NCBI RefSeq assembly: GCF_018350175.1
Contig: NC_058368.1
Location: 163,558,001-163,622,000, forward strand
Reading direction: 5' to 3'
DNA: 64,000 nucleotides
Source of the DNA: Felis catus
Lineage: Eukaryota
Below, piece by piece: positions 63,577-64,000 of this stretch (its first letter is position 1; every line of letters begins with the position of its first letter). The notes under the pieces were generated by a model. That model saw only the letters and a program-made list of their open reading frames with translations, did not search any database and was not told the DNA's origin. Made by a program: the position numbers and the translations under genes.

Positions 63577-64000
63577 AGTTTGCAAACTTTTCTATCTGCA
63601 GAAGATTCATTTGCAGTCGTGTGTTGAGTGTCTTTTGCTTACTCACTCATGGCCTCCCTATCCAGAGGCCTGTGGGGAAGTCCTTGGCCATGCTCAGTTT
63701 TCCCTATTTACAGTGCTTACAAGATAATGTCACAGGGTTTTCTGTTTGTTTCAGCTGTTTATAGCTGGAAGCATTATGTACTCTAGCCTCTGGTCTGTTT
63801 ACTTCATTCTGTCTTTCTACACAGCATTTAGTACATCTTGTAAGAATTTCACGTGAATTCTTTTCCTTCTTGCTGACTGTTTTTGAGAGGAGATGCATTG
63901 ATACGTCGCCAAGCCTTCATGTTCAAAACATTGGCCAGAATCAGTTGCAAGTGTTAAGAGATTTATAGATTTTAAAAGTATTCTAAAAATGTTATTTCAA

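Noticed and set aside
9590..63646. Recurrent ORFs like MAQSVKRPTSAQVMIS... or ...GDTESKAGSRL
   Set aside because: Translations of CAN-SINE bodies, not a protein family.

Overview
Mammalian (felid, cat-like) genomic DNA, judged from dense carnivore tRNA-derived CAN-SINEs (SINEC_Fc type), old L1/MIR/MER elements and spliced gene structure. Positions 1-17.5 kb hold the last five coding exons and 3' UTR of PPIP5K2 (+ strand, all introns phase 1). A CpG island at 59.2-60.7 kb has a non-coding first exon that, by recalled synteny with human 5q21, should be the MACIR (C5orf30) promoter. The most interesting signal lies between the two genes: four non-repetitive, splice-site-bounded segments on the minus strand (about 43.5, 37.2, 27.0 and 24.7 kb) that can be joined into a decayed reading frame of about 525 codons I cannot assign to a family. 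This is a candidate unitary pseudogene (lost gene); the joining needs hand-chosen frameshifts, so it must be tested by homology search. Other observations are candidate unannotated PPIP5K2 exons and alternative C-termini, a templated insertion inside a SINE, and several local template-switch scars. No prokaryotic systems, CRISPR arrays, rRNA or true tRNA genes were seen. Gene and repeat family names come from recall, not database searches, and repeat boundaries are approximate.
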